Positions 50,283-59,167 of a DNA stretch of 64,000 bases are shown here, piece after piece. Below the pieces are notes generated by a model. That model was not told where the DNA came from. It did not search any database and was given only the letters and a program-made list of their open reading frames with translations. The position numbers were made by a program, and so were the translations under genes. The stretch is from Nitrospirota bacterium (GTDB taxonomy: Bacteria > Nitrospirota > UBA9217): assembly GCA_963751455.1 (NCBI GenBank), contig CAVVUN010000009.1, positions 288,001-352,000 of the forward strand, read 5' to 3'. The number at the start of each line of letters is the position of its first letter. The stretch's first letter is position 1.

Positions 50283-51026
50283 ATGATAAAGATTGCAGGG
50301 ATTTCCAAAGAATTTAAAGACGGCGTCCGCGGCAAGAAGATCAAGGCGCTGGAACAGCTTGATCTCGAAGTGCATAAGGGAGAAGTTTTCGGTTTCCTCG
50401 GTCCGAACGGTGCTGGAAAATCAACGACGATGAAGCTCCTCATGAACCTTATTTTTCCGGATCAGGGGACTGCTCTGATTATGGGTCATGATGTCCATAA
50501 CCTGGAAACACGAAGGCATGTGGGATATCTTCCGGAAAATCCCTACTTTTACGATTATCTGACCGCCGAGGAATTGCTCTGGTTCGGAGGCAGGACATCA
50601 GGCATGTCATCCGCCTCCATAAAACAAAGAACCGATGAACTTCTGGTCAAAGTCGACCTTGATAATGTTCGGAAGCGGCAATTAAGAACATATTCAAAAG
50701 GGATGGTCCAGCGGGCAGGGCTCGCTCTGGCACTTGTTCATGACCCCGAGTTAGCGATCCTCGACGAACCCATGAGCGGGCTCGATCCCATCGGAAGAAA
50801 AATGGTTGGGGACCTCATTCTTGAGCTCAAAGCGAGGGGAAAAACGATTTTTTTCTCCTCCCATATTCTTACGGACATCGAGCGGTTTTGCGACAGGGTG
50901 GGCATCATCATCAACGGCAAGCTGCGAATGGTGGATGACTTAAAGCATCTCTTGTCTGTTTCCGCGGGTCTGGAAGAAGTCTTTATGAAGGAAGTGGAAA
51001 AAGCCGGCGGAGGTATCGGAGCATGA
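50283..51026 (+). CDS. ABC ATPase (Myxococcus PilH / Geobacter XapD-like)
   Basis: GPNGAGKST, YSKGMVQR, LDEPMSGLDP; directly after pilA. Confidence 0.9.
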   Translation: MIKIAGISKEFKDGVRGKKIKALEQLDLEVHKGEVFGFLGPNGAGKSTTMKLLMNLIFPDQGTALIMGHDVHNLETRRHVGYLPENPYFYDYLTAEELLWFGGRTSGMSSASIKQRTDELLVKVDLDNVRKRQLRTYSKGMVQRAGLALALVHDPELAILDEPMSGLDPIGRKMVGDLILELKARGKTIFFSSHILTDIERFCDRVGIIINGKLRMVDDLKHLLSVSAGLEEVFMKEVEKAGGGIGA

Positions 51027-51835
51027 GCGCACTTTGGCCTATTTCATTGATCACCTTTAAGGAGGGCATCCGGGACAAGGCAATCTTTGGAATCTTTCTG
51101 ATCGCGCTCTTTCTGCTTGTGGTAAATTCCCTGATTTGCAGCATGATTCCCCGGGAGGTCGGCAAGGTCGCGATTGATATCGCCTTATCCACTGTTTCTT
51201 TTTCCGGCCTCTTGCTCGTATTGTTTGTCGGCATTAACCTTATGGCGAAAGATCTGGACAAGCGGACGATTTACATGGTGCTATCCCGGCCGATTTCCCG
51301 GTCCCAGTATATTCTCGGTAAATTTTTCGGGATGGCCATGCTCATCGTGGCCATGATCGTATTTCTGAGTCTTTTTGCAATCTTTTCCATTTTCATGATC
51401 AAGTCGTCCTATCCGGGCTATTTCCCGATCATATCCTGGCGTCTGTTGCTGGCGGCCATTGCGTTTATCTCCCTGTCGCTCATCCTGCTTTCGTCCTTGA
51501 GTTTTCTTTTTGCTTCATTCACCTCATCGTCGTTCATTACCCTGGTTCTGACCGTGATCTCATACGTCATCGGCCATTCCGTAAATGACGTGAAAGCCCT
51601 TCTTGAATCATCACAAGTTTCCAGCATACAACCATCCGCCGTTACGATTGCCCTGGCGAAAGCAGCATACTATCTCTTTCCCAATCTATCGGTTTTCGAC
51701 ATCAAAATTCAGGTTGCCCACGCTCTTCCTCTTGCCTCGGAATATATAATCTGGGCCGTACTTTACGGACTCGTCTATACTTCGCTGGTTATTGCAGTCG
51801 CAGCCGTGATGTTTCGGAAGAAGGAATTTCCATGA
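51023..51835 (+). CDS. ABC-2 permease (PilI/XapB-like)
   Basis: Six TMs; KRTIY..LSRPISR.QYILGKF. Confidence 0.88.
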   Translation: MSALWPISLITFKEGIRDKAIFGIFLIALFLLVVNSLICSMIPREVGKVAIDIALSTVSFSGLLLVLFVGINLMAKDLDKRTIYMVLSRPISRSQYILGKFFGMAMLIVAMIVFLSLFAIFSIFMIKSSYPGYFPIISWRLLLAAIAFISLSLILLSSLSFLFASFTSSSFITLVLTVISYVIGHSVNDVKALLESSQVSSIQPSAVTIALAKAAYYLFPNLSVFDIKIQVAHALPLASEYIIWAVLYGLVYTSLVIAVAAVMFRKKEFP

Positions 51836-52698
51836 TAATGCGGAGACTGGCCCCAGCCATTCTGGTGATGCTCTTACTTGCCGCGCATTATATTTCTCTT
51901 CAAAAAATTACCGCAGCACTGAAGGCGCTTCCCAAAAATGAAAACACGGCCTATGTTGTGCCGCCGACGATTTTACGGATCACCGCACTGGAATTCCAGG
52001 GTATTATTTCCGACTATTTATTCCTTAAGTCGCTTGTGTTTATCGGCAGTACGATTGAAAGAACGGAGCGCCCGCGAGTAAAGACTTGGGAATGGAAATG
52101 GCTTTACAACATAATCGATGCCTCGTCGAGCCTCGACCCGTACTTCTTTGATCCCTATTATTTCAGCGAAGCGAATTTCACGTGGGATGCGATGATGATC
52201 GAGGATACAAATCTCCTCCTTGAACGGGGCGTCAAGTACCGTCCTTGGGATTCAACAACTCCATTTTTCATCGGCTTCAACTACTTCTACTTTCTTCGGG
52301 ACAATTTCAACGCCCGTAAATACCTGATCGAAGCTTCACGAAGACCGGATGCACAGGACCTGTATGCCGATCTTGCCGCCAAGCTTTCATCCGAGAGTAA
52401 ACGCACCGAAAATGCGATCAGTTTTCTGGAAGGATTGTTGAAGGGGACTGAGGATGAAGTCCTCCGGAAGCGGTATGAAGCGCGGATAGCGTTCCTCAGA
52501 GGCGTGCTCGAGGTGGAACATGCTGTGGAGCTCTACAAAAAAAGGTTCGCTCGGAAACCCGTTGATATCAGTGTATTGGTCCGTTCAGGTATGCTGCGTG
52601 AGGTTCCGGCGGATCCTTCCGGGGGACAATTATTCCTCGACTATGACGGGAGCGTGAAAAGCATAAGTGAATTGCAACCGGGCAGCGCGCTCCCATAA
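51832..52698 (+). CDS. Membrane-anchored TPR-like accessory protein (PilG/XapA-like)
   Basis: N-terminal TM, LDPYF, GFNYFYFL, C-terminal P..I..LV..G.L..VP.DP.G. Confidence 0.7.
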   Translation: MIMRRLAPAILVMLLLAAHYISLQKITAALKALPKNENTAYVVPPTILRITALEFQGIISDYLFLKSLVFIGSTIERTERPRVKTWEWKWLYNIIDASSSLDPYFFDPYYFSEANFTWDAMMIEDTNLLLERGVKYRPWDSTTPFFIGFNYFYFLRDNFNARKYLIEASRRPDAQDLYADLAAKLSSESKRTENAISFLEGLLKGTEDEVLRKRYEARIAFLRGVLEVEHAVELYKKRFARKPVDISVLVRSGMLREVPADPSGGQLFLDYDGSVKSISELQPGSALP

Positions 52699-52715
52699 GA
52701 CTGTGCCGCTGCGCG

Positions 52716-53153
52716 TTAGTTCACCTTCCTTCTTTGTTCATGCCTGATGTCTATGCGTTTCAGTTCCTGGATGCTCTTATTGAGCTGTTCATTCTCTCTC
52801 TTCAGTTCCAGCACGGTTTTAAGCACAGTACGCCAGTTCCTGGCGTCCGTAGCCTTATCATCAGAAGGGTAGAGACGCAGGAATTCTTCGAACTTCTGTA
52901 ACGCGACTCCATAATCCCTGGTTGGATTGTCATAATAGGCGCGTGTTATAGCCGAAGCGAACAGTGCATGTGCTTGATTTTTAGAATGTGGCGACTTCTT
53001 GACGATTTTATCGTAGATCGCAATTGCTTCTGAGTACTTTCTATCCGAAGCAAAACGCTCGGCATCAGCCAGTTGAGCGTCCTGCCCGTTAAAGCCTGCG
53101 CACCCGGAAACTATACAGGCAAGCAGCGCAGCGAAAATAATCAGTCTGCTCAA
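52716..53153 (-). CDS. TPR lipoprotein with C-terminal coiled coil
   Basis: Lipobox VSGC, TPR-like helices; overlaps the stop of the GGDEF gene by 4 nt. Confidence 0.8.
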   Translation of the reverse strand: MSRLIIFAALLACIVSGCAGFNGQDAQLADAERFASDRKYSEAIAIYDKIVKKSPHSKNQAHALFASAITRAYYDNPTRDYGVALQKFEEFLRLYPSDDKATDARNWRTVLKTVLELKRENEQLNKSIQELKRIDIRHEQRRKVN

Positions 53154-54553
53154 GAATTCCTCCGCTTGTCCACTACGAAGACGCTCTTTGGTATCGTTTT
53201 GGCGTAATCCTTGAGTTCGGCTGCTATTTCGGACGCCTCAAGCGCATTGTTAAGCTTCCTGCGCTCGTTCGTTACGATCGCTATTGATATCGACATGATC
53301 GGGAAATGCATCTCAACGCCCTGCCTTGTTTTTCCGTCAATGTAGCCGCGTGAGCGGTCTTCGGCGTCATAATATTCGGGAATCTGACGGTCGAATTTAC
53401 TGATGATTTCAGCGGCTATTTCACGCATCAGATCGGGAGTTGTAATGACAACGAAGTCGTCACCGCCCACATGGCCTATGAAATCCTGTGTTGACCCTTT
53501 CAGCCTCACTGCATTCTCAATGATATGCGCTGTTTTTTTGATGACTTCGCTTCCATTGGCGTATCCGTAACGGTCGTTAAAAGCCTTGAAATTGTCGAGA
53601 TCCAGGACGCAAAAGGCGAGGGGGTGCCCCGAATCGATCCGTTTTTTGAGAACATTTTCTATCGCTATCCCCCCCGGCAGACGGGTAAGAGGACTGGCAT
53701 CGAGATACATTTCTTCGAGTTTACGAAGCCGCTTCCCCATGGCAGTGAATGACTGCGAGAGACTGCCGATTTCATCTTCTGTCTCGATCCTGGCGTCGAA
53801 GTCGAAATTTCCCTCGGAAATGTGCTCAGTCCCGATTTTTAATTTATTGATCGAGGATGAGATGTGGTGAGTAATCAGCAGAGCGGCCAGCACCCCTGCA
53901 ATGATGCTGAAAACGCACAGCAGCGCGGTCGTAACAAAAGCTGTTCCGCCAATGCTGCTGATCCGTTTCATTTTTCTGTCTTGCGCGGCCTTTGCAATCG
54001 CAGAAGCATTCCTCAGCTCCTCGATCAGTTTTTGTTGTATGTTATTCATGGAGCTGTTCGATAAACTCTCGGCCTTACTGCTCTTTTTCGAACGCACCAA
54101 TTGAACTTCCTGATCGAAGAGCTCCGTATATTTATCGTGCAGTGCCTTGATGCTTTCTACCGGCAAGCTATTCTTATCAGACAGCTTTTTCAAAGAGGTG
54201 AGCCATATTTGAAATTCGTCCCCCCGTTTTGCAAAGAGCGCCTTCATATCGTCGCTTTTAAGGATCAGATAACGTTTTTCGAAGTTGTCCTGCGCCAAGG
54301 CTGCTTCTATCATCTGCTCTGCGGCTTTTTGGGCAAGGATATCACCTTTGACAATGCTTCTGTTAAGAATGTTAATACGCTGGATATTGACAAGGGCGTA
54401 CACGACAACGATAACCGTCAGCACGACAAGAATCATATATCCGAGCAGCATCTTACTGACGATGTTCAGTTTCCCGAAAAGCCTGGCGGGCACTAGTCTG
54501 TTCAGGATATCGGCAGGGAGAACGAGATTGATTTTAGATAGCTGAAAGCTCAC
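53150..54553 (-). CDS. Membrane sensor-HAMP-GGDEF dinucleotide cyclase with Hypr (Asp-to-Ser) signature
   Basis: Two TMs around a helical periplasmic domain, HAMP (DEIG.L...F..M), DLDNFKAFND.YG...GS, GGDDF. Confidence 0.88.
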   Translation of the reverse strand: MSFQLSKINLVLPADILNRLVPARLFGKLNIVSKMLLGYMILVVLTVIVVVYALVNIQRINILNRSIVKGDILAQKAAEQMIEAALAQDNFEKRYLILKSDDMKALFAKRGDEFQIWLTSLKKLSDKNSLPVESIKALHDKYTELFDQEVQLVRSKKSSKAESLSNSSMNNIQQKLIEELRNASAIAKAAQDRKMKRISSIGGTAFVTTALLCVFSIIAGVLAALLITHHISSSINKLKIGTEHISEGNFDFDARIETEDEIGSLSQSFTAMGKRLRKLEEMYLDASPLTRLPGGIAIENVLKKRIDSGHPLAFCVLDLDNFKAFNDRYGYANGSEVIKKTAHIIENAVRLKGSTQDFIGHVGGDDFVVITTPDLMREIAAEIISKFDRQIPEYYDAEDRSRGYIDGKTRQGVEMHFPIMSISIAIVTNERRKLNNALEASEIAAELKDYAKTIPKSVFVVDKRRNS

Positions 54554-54590
54554 GGCCTCAGGTTAACAAATAATGATGGTATTGTCAATA

Positions 54591-56612
54591 TTATAGTGGT
54601 ATTTCGGGTATTTCGTCCTCGTGAGTATTTGAAGACTCAACCTCCTTCATGGCTGTCTCTTCGCAATATTTTCTTGGTTCAGTTCCGGGTAGAAATGCCT
54701 CTCGAAGCCTTTGGCTGCAGTGTTCGGTGCTGAGCAGGCCGCTTCTTGGATCTATATCTTTAAAAATAATATCTTCAGGAACCGTGAAATCTTCAGGTTC
54801 ATGACCGGCAAGCGCTTTCTTCATAAATTCAAGCCAGATCGGGAGCGCACTATGGGCTCCTGTCTCTTTCGGCCCGATGCTTCGGTGATCATCATAACCC
54901 ACCCAGACTCCGGCAACAAGAGCCGGCGTATACCCAATGAACCATGCGTCGCGGTAATCGTTTGTGGTCCCGGTTTTGCCGGCTGCCGGTTTGCCGAGCT
55001 CGCGGGCCTTCCATCCTGTTCCACGCTCTATGGCTCCTCTGAGCAGGTTCGTTATCAAATAGGCGCTTTCCGTCTTCAGTACCTGCTCGGGAAGAGCTGT
55101 TCCCGCATACAGCACCTGGCCGCTGCTGTCCGTGATGGAAAGTATGGCAGCTGGCTCCAGTTTTATACCATGATTTGCAAAGATGGCATATGCAGACGTC
55201 AATTCGGCCAGGGTGACATCTGAACTGCCCAGTGCAAGCGACAAATACGGCCCCAGATGGCTTTTGATTCCGAACCTCCTTGCATACCGGATTGCGCTCT
55301 CGATTCCGATTTTATTCAGCAGGCGTATGGTCGGCAGGTTAAGTGACTGGGCCAGCGCCTTCCTGAGAGTGACCGCCCCCTGGTAGTTCCGGTTGAAGTT
55401 TTCGGGAGACCAGTTATTCTTCCGGTCCAATTTAACCGACAGCGGCGAATCGTCGAGCAGATCCGCGGAGCCGAACCCTAAATCGAGCGCGGCCGCATAG
55501 ATAACGGGTTTAAAAGCAGAACCGGGCTGACGCAAAGCCTGCCACGTTCGGTTGAACTGGCTTTCATTGAAATCCCTGCCTCCTACCATGGCGCGGATAT
55601 GGCCGGTCAGCGGATCAATAGCCAGGAGAGCCGCCTGCAAGGGCGCAGGAGACGCGGTTATTTTGCCGTTACGGGCACTAATTTTTGCCAATCCGGAGCG
55701 AACCGCTTCTTCAGCATGGTTCTGGAGTTCATCGTTTAGAGTTGTATAAATATTGATCCCGCCGGAATAGAGGAGGCTCGATCCGAACCGTTCTTCAACC
55801 TTTTGCCGGATGTACTCGACAAAATATGGAGCGCTCCATTTTGATTTAGAGTATGGTCGGGTCGGAAGTCCGGCCTTTTTTGCCTCTTCAGCCTGGATGC
55901 TGGTTATACTGTTCATGGCGACCATGCGGTTTAAAACATATGCCCGCCTGCTTATCGCCTGGTCCGGTGATTTAAAAGGAGAATAGTACCGGGGCGACCG
56001 GGGCAGACCGGCAAGCAGTCCGCATTCCGCTATGGTAAGGTCCCTGGCAGGCTTGTCGAAATATATCTGGGCGGCGGACTCAACACCGTAGGCGCCATTT
56101 CCGAAATATATCTGGTTCAGATACAGAGAGAGAATTTCATTCTTGGTGTAACGCTGCTCGATCTTGAGCGCCAGCGCGATTTCCTTCAGCTTGCGGCTGT
56201 AACTCCGCTCAGGGGTAAGAAACAATATCTTTGCCAACTGCTGGGTCAGGGTGCTTCCGCCTTCCAGCACTTTTTTCGCCCGGATATTTCTGACGAGCGC
56301 CCGTGCGATGCCGTGAAAATCGATGCCGCGATGGCTGTAAAACCTCGTATCCTCGGTCGCTATGATAGCATCGATCATGTTCGCCGGCACATCTACAAGG
56401 GCAACGGGTGTCCTGTTCTCCATGAAAAATTCAGCCAGAAGTTTGTTGTTTTCAGAATAGACCCGGGACGTAATGCTCGGTTTGTACTCTTCAAGGGCGG
56501 TCACTTCGGGAAGGTCCCATATCGAGTATATGAAAAAACCGGCCGAACCGCCGATGAGGACCGCCATGAGGATCAAAAAAAGAGAGAGCAGTAGGGATTT
56601 CCTATTTTGCAT
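54591..56612 (-). CDS. mrcA: Class A penicillin-binding protein (PBP1A family)
   Basis: EDTRFY.HRG, GGSTLTQQ, RKLKE, YLNQIY; SAFK, SLN, KTG. Confidence 0.92.
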   Translation of the reverse strand: MQNRKSLLLSLFLILMAVLIGGSAGFFIYSIWDLPEVTALEEYKPSITSRVYSENNKLLAEFFMENRTPVALVDVPANMIDAIIATEDTRFYSHRGIDFHGIARALVRNIRAKKVLEGGSTLTQQLAKILFLTPERSYSRKLKEIALALKIEQRYTKNEILSLYLNQIYFGNGAYGVESAAQIYFDKPARDLTIAECGLLAGLPRSPRYYSPFKSPDQAISRRAYVLNRMVAMNSITSIQAEEAKKAGLPTRPYSKSKWSAPYFVEYIRQKVEERFGSSLLYSGGINIYTTLNDELQNHAEEAVRSGLAKISARNGKITASPAPLQAALLAIDPLTGHIRAMVGGRDFNESQFNRTWQALRQPGSAFKPVIYAAALDLGFGSADLLDDSPLSVKLDRKNNWSPENFNRNYQGAVTLRKALAQSLNLPTIRLLNKIGIESAIRYARRFGIKSHLGPYLSLALGSSDVTLAELTSAYAIFANHGIKLEPAAILSITDSSGQVLYAGTALPEQVLKTESAYLITNLLRGAIERGTGWKARELGKPAAGKTGTTNDYRDAWFIGYTPALVAGVWVGYDDHRSIGPKETGAHSALPIWLEFMKKALAGHEPEDFTVPEDIIFKDIDPRSGLLSTEHCSQRLREAFLPGTEPRKYCEETAMKEVESSNTHEDEIPEIPL

Positions 56613-56772
56613 TGAAGCTATTATACATCGCGGAGCAAAAAAAGTAACCCCCGATAATTCGTGGTTCGTAGAAAAAGCGCAGACTCCAAAACCAACGTGC
56701 CTTGAGTTTTCATCACTAAGATGCTATGATTGACTAACAAATCGTAAACCGTTGTTCTGATAAGGAGGATAC

Positions 56773-57354
56773 ATGCCTTACACGCCAAAAGATTTTAGTT
56801 CCTTGATCGGGATGAAAGGATTCAGCGAGACGCTCCTGAAAAACCATTTTACGCTGTATCAGGGTTATGTGACCAATACGAATAAGACCGCTGAAATCCT
56901 TTTGCAGATGCTGAAAGACGGCAAAACAGGGACGCCGGAATATGCAGAAGTCAAAAGAAGGTTCGGGTGGGAATTCAACGGCATGCGGCTTCACGAACTT
57001 TATTTCCAAAACCTGATAAGCGCCGGCATGGACAAAGACGCGCCTCTAGCAATAAAGATGCAGCAGGAGTTCGGAAGCGTTGGGGCATGGGAAAAGGATT
57101 TCAGGGCGTGCGGGACAATGAGAGGCATCGGTTGGGTGGTGTTGTATTATGACCGCCAGGGCGACCGCCTGTTTAATTCATGGATCAATGAACATGATGT
57201 CGCGCACCTTGCCGGTTGTCAGCCGCTACTTGTTATGGATGTATTCGAGCACGCATATATGACCGACTACCAGCTTAAACGCGTGGATTACATCGAGTCT
57301 TTTTTCGGGAACATTAACTGGAAAGCGGTCGAAGAGAGGATGCGGTCATTGTGA
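56773..57354 (+). CDS. Fe/Mn superoxide dismutase family protein
   Basis: HFTLYQGYV, LHELYF, GIGW, DVFEHAY; SD AAGGAGG. Confidence 0.9.
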   Translation: MPYTPKDFSSLIGMKGFSETLLKNHFTLYQGYVTNTNKTAEILLQMLKDGKTGTPEYAEVKRRFGWEFNGMRLHELYFQNLISAGMDKDAPLAIKMQQEFGSVGAWEKDFRACGTMRGIGWVVLYYDRQGDRLFNSWINEHDVAHLAGCQPLLVMDVFEHAYMTDYQLKRVDYIESFFGNINWKAVEERMRSL

Positions 57355-57357
57355 TAC

Positions 57358-57429
57358 GCGTCAAAGTATCAGAGCGCCAAAGTGTCAAAGCAGTTACTTT
57401 GATACTCGGATTCTCTGACACTTGGATAC
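57358..57429. repeat. Octamer tandem repeats in inverted arrangement
   Basis: GCGTCAAA GTATCAGA GCGCCAAA GTGTCAAA facing TTTGATAC TCGGATTC TCTGACAC TTGGATAC. Confidence 0.7.
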
Positions 57430-57441
57430 AGAAGGCTTTTC

Positions 57442-57975
57442 ATGTCTGACAAGGGTCTTGTCATAATTTTTACCGGTGACGGGAAGGGAAAAACAAGTGC
57501 AGCCCTCGGAATAGCGCTTCGGGCATCGGGGCACAAGATGTACGTGTCCGTCGTTCAGTTTATAAAGAGCACTTCCGAAACAGGAGAGGTTAGGGCGGCA
57601 GAACGACTTGCACCGGAGCTGGAGCTCATTTCGCTGGGAAAGGGTTTTGTAAATTGTTGCGGCGGCACCACGCCCATGTATGAACACAAAAAGGCGGCAG
57701 AAGCGGCTCTTACGCTCGCCCGGCAGCGCATGCTGTCCGGCGGATGGGATGTCCTTATTCTTGACGAGATTAATACGGCCGTAACGCTTCGTCTGCTGGA
57801 TGTCGCCGCTGTTCTCGACTTGATCAGGAACAAGCCCCCAAAGCTCCATTTGATACTGACCGGCAGGAACGCGCATCCTGATGTCGTTACCCTTGCGGAT
57901 CTGGTCACCGAAATGCGTTCCCTGAAGCATCCTTACGATAAAGGCGAATCTGCGCGCAAAGGGATCGATTTTTAA
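57442..57975 (+). CDS. cobO: Cob(I)yrinic acid a,c-diamide adenosyltransferase
   Basis: TGDGKGKTSAA, QFIK, ILDEI, LTGR, HPY..G..A..GIDF. Confidence 0.93.
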   Translation: MSDKGLVIIFTGDGKGKTSAALGIALRASGHKMYVSVVQFIKSTSETGEVRAAERLAPELELISLGKGFVNCCGGTTPMYEHKKAAEAALTLARQRMLSGGWDVLILDEINTAVTLRLLDVAAVLDLIRNKPPKLHLILTGRNAHPDVVTLADLVTEMRSLKHPYDKGESARKGIDF

Positions 57976-58044
57976 AACTTGCGTCCAACGGCTTCATTCC
58001 ATGGCAGAGGGTTACCCGAGAAGCCATGATTATTAAAAGAAAAA

Positions 58045-58073
58045 TTGACATTGAAATTTCATAATGCTAGTAT
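58045..58073 (+). promoter_or_regulatory. sigma70 promoter upstream of phoH
   Basis: TTGACA-17-TAGTAT with a TG extension. Confidence 0.6.
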
Positions 58074-58198
58074 TTGATATTGAAAACCGTCCGTAAATTC
58101 CCTTCTAAAGAAGGGATGAATATCGGTATAATTTAATTATCCTGACATCCCGCATTAATTCCTCCCATCGGGGAGACGGTATAGAGAGAGATTTTCAG

Positions 58199-59167
58199 GT
58201 GAAAACAACAGCTGTTATTGTTACGATTGAAGATGAAATGGATCTGCCCGGTCTCTACGGCGACCTCGACAAGAACCTCAGGCTGATCGAGAATACCTAC
58301 GGTGTAATCCTGAATGCTCGGGGGAACAGAATTCAAATAGAGGGCGAGGAAAAATCCGTAGGCAAAGCCGAACGGTTGCTAAAACAGCTTGCCGACATGC
58401 TGTCCCAGGGCGTTATTTCCGGAAAAGAAGACGTATCGGCCGCTATCCAGGCTTACTGCGCGGACCCTTCCACTACATTGAAAGACCTTTTTCAGAAGCC
58501 GATCCCGGTTTCAAGCAGAAAGCGGCCTGTTTCGCCCAAAAACGAGACCCAGCGAAAGTACGTAGAGGCAATCAAGCAGTATGACATAGTCTTCGGCATC
58601 GGTCCTGCGGGCACCGGTAAAACCTATCTTGCCATGGCAACGGCGGTTTCCGCTCTGCTTCGGCGCGAAGTCAGCAGGATAATTCTTGTTCGTCCCGCGG
58701 TAGAAGCAGGCGAAAAACTCGGTTTTCTGCCCGGCGACCTTTACGAAAAGGTCAACCCGTATCTGCGGCCGCTCTACGATGCCCTCTATGATATGATTGA
58801 GACTGAAAAGGCGAATAAACTGGTCGAGCGCGGGGATATCGAAATAGCACCGCTCGCTTTTATGCGCGGACGGACTTTAAACGATTCCTTCATTATTCTC
58901 GATGAAGCGCAGAATACAACCAGCGAGCAGATGAAAATGTTTCTTACGCGGCTCGGTTTTAATTCGAAGACGGTTGTGACCGGTGATATCACGCAAATTG
59001 ACCTGCCGACGGGGAGAAACTCCGGACTGATAGAGGTCAGGAAAATCCTGGAAGGCGTTGAAGGAATACAATTCATCTACTTCACCAACAGGGATGTTGT
59101 GCGACATAAACTGGTTCAGCAGATCATCAAGGCGTACGAAAAGTACGAGGGGACGGATGAGCCCTAA
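58199..59167 (+). CDS. phoH: PhoH-family ATPase (YbeZ-like)
   Basis: GPAGTGKTYLA, RPAVEAGE.LGFLPG, FMRGRT, DEAQN, GD.TQIDL. Confidence 0.95.
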   Translation: MKTTAVIVTIEDEMDLPGLYGDLDKNLRLIENTYGVILNARGNRIQIEGEEKSVGKAERLLKQLADMLSQGVISGKEDVSAAIQAYCADPSTTLKDLFQKPIPVSSRKRPVSPKNETQRKYVEAIKQYDIVFGIGPAGTGKTYLAMATAVSALLRREVSRIILVRPAVEAGEKLGFLPGDLYEKVNPYLRPLYDALYDMIETEKANKLVERGDIEIAPLAFMRGRTLNDSFIILDEAQNTTSEQMKMFLTRLGFNSKTVVTGDITQIDLPTGRNSGLIEVRKILEGVEGIQFIYFTNRDVVRHKLVQQIIKAYEKYEGTDEP

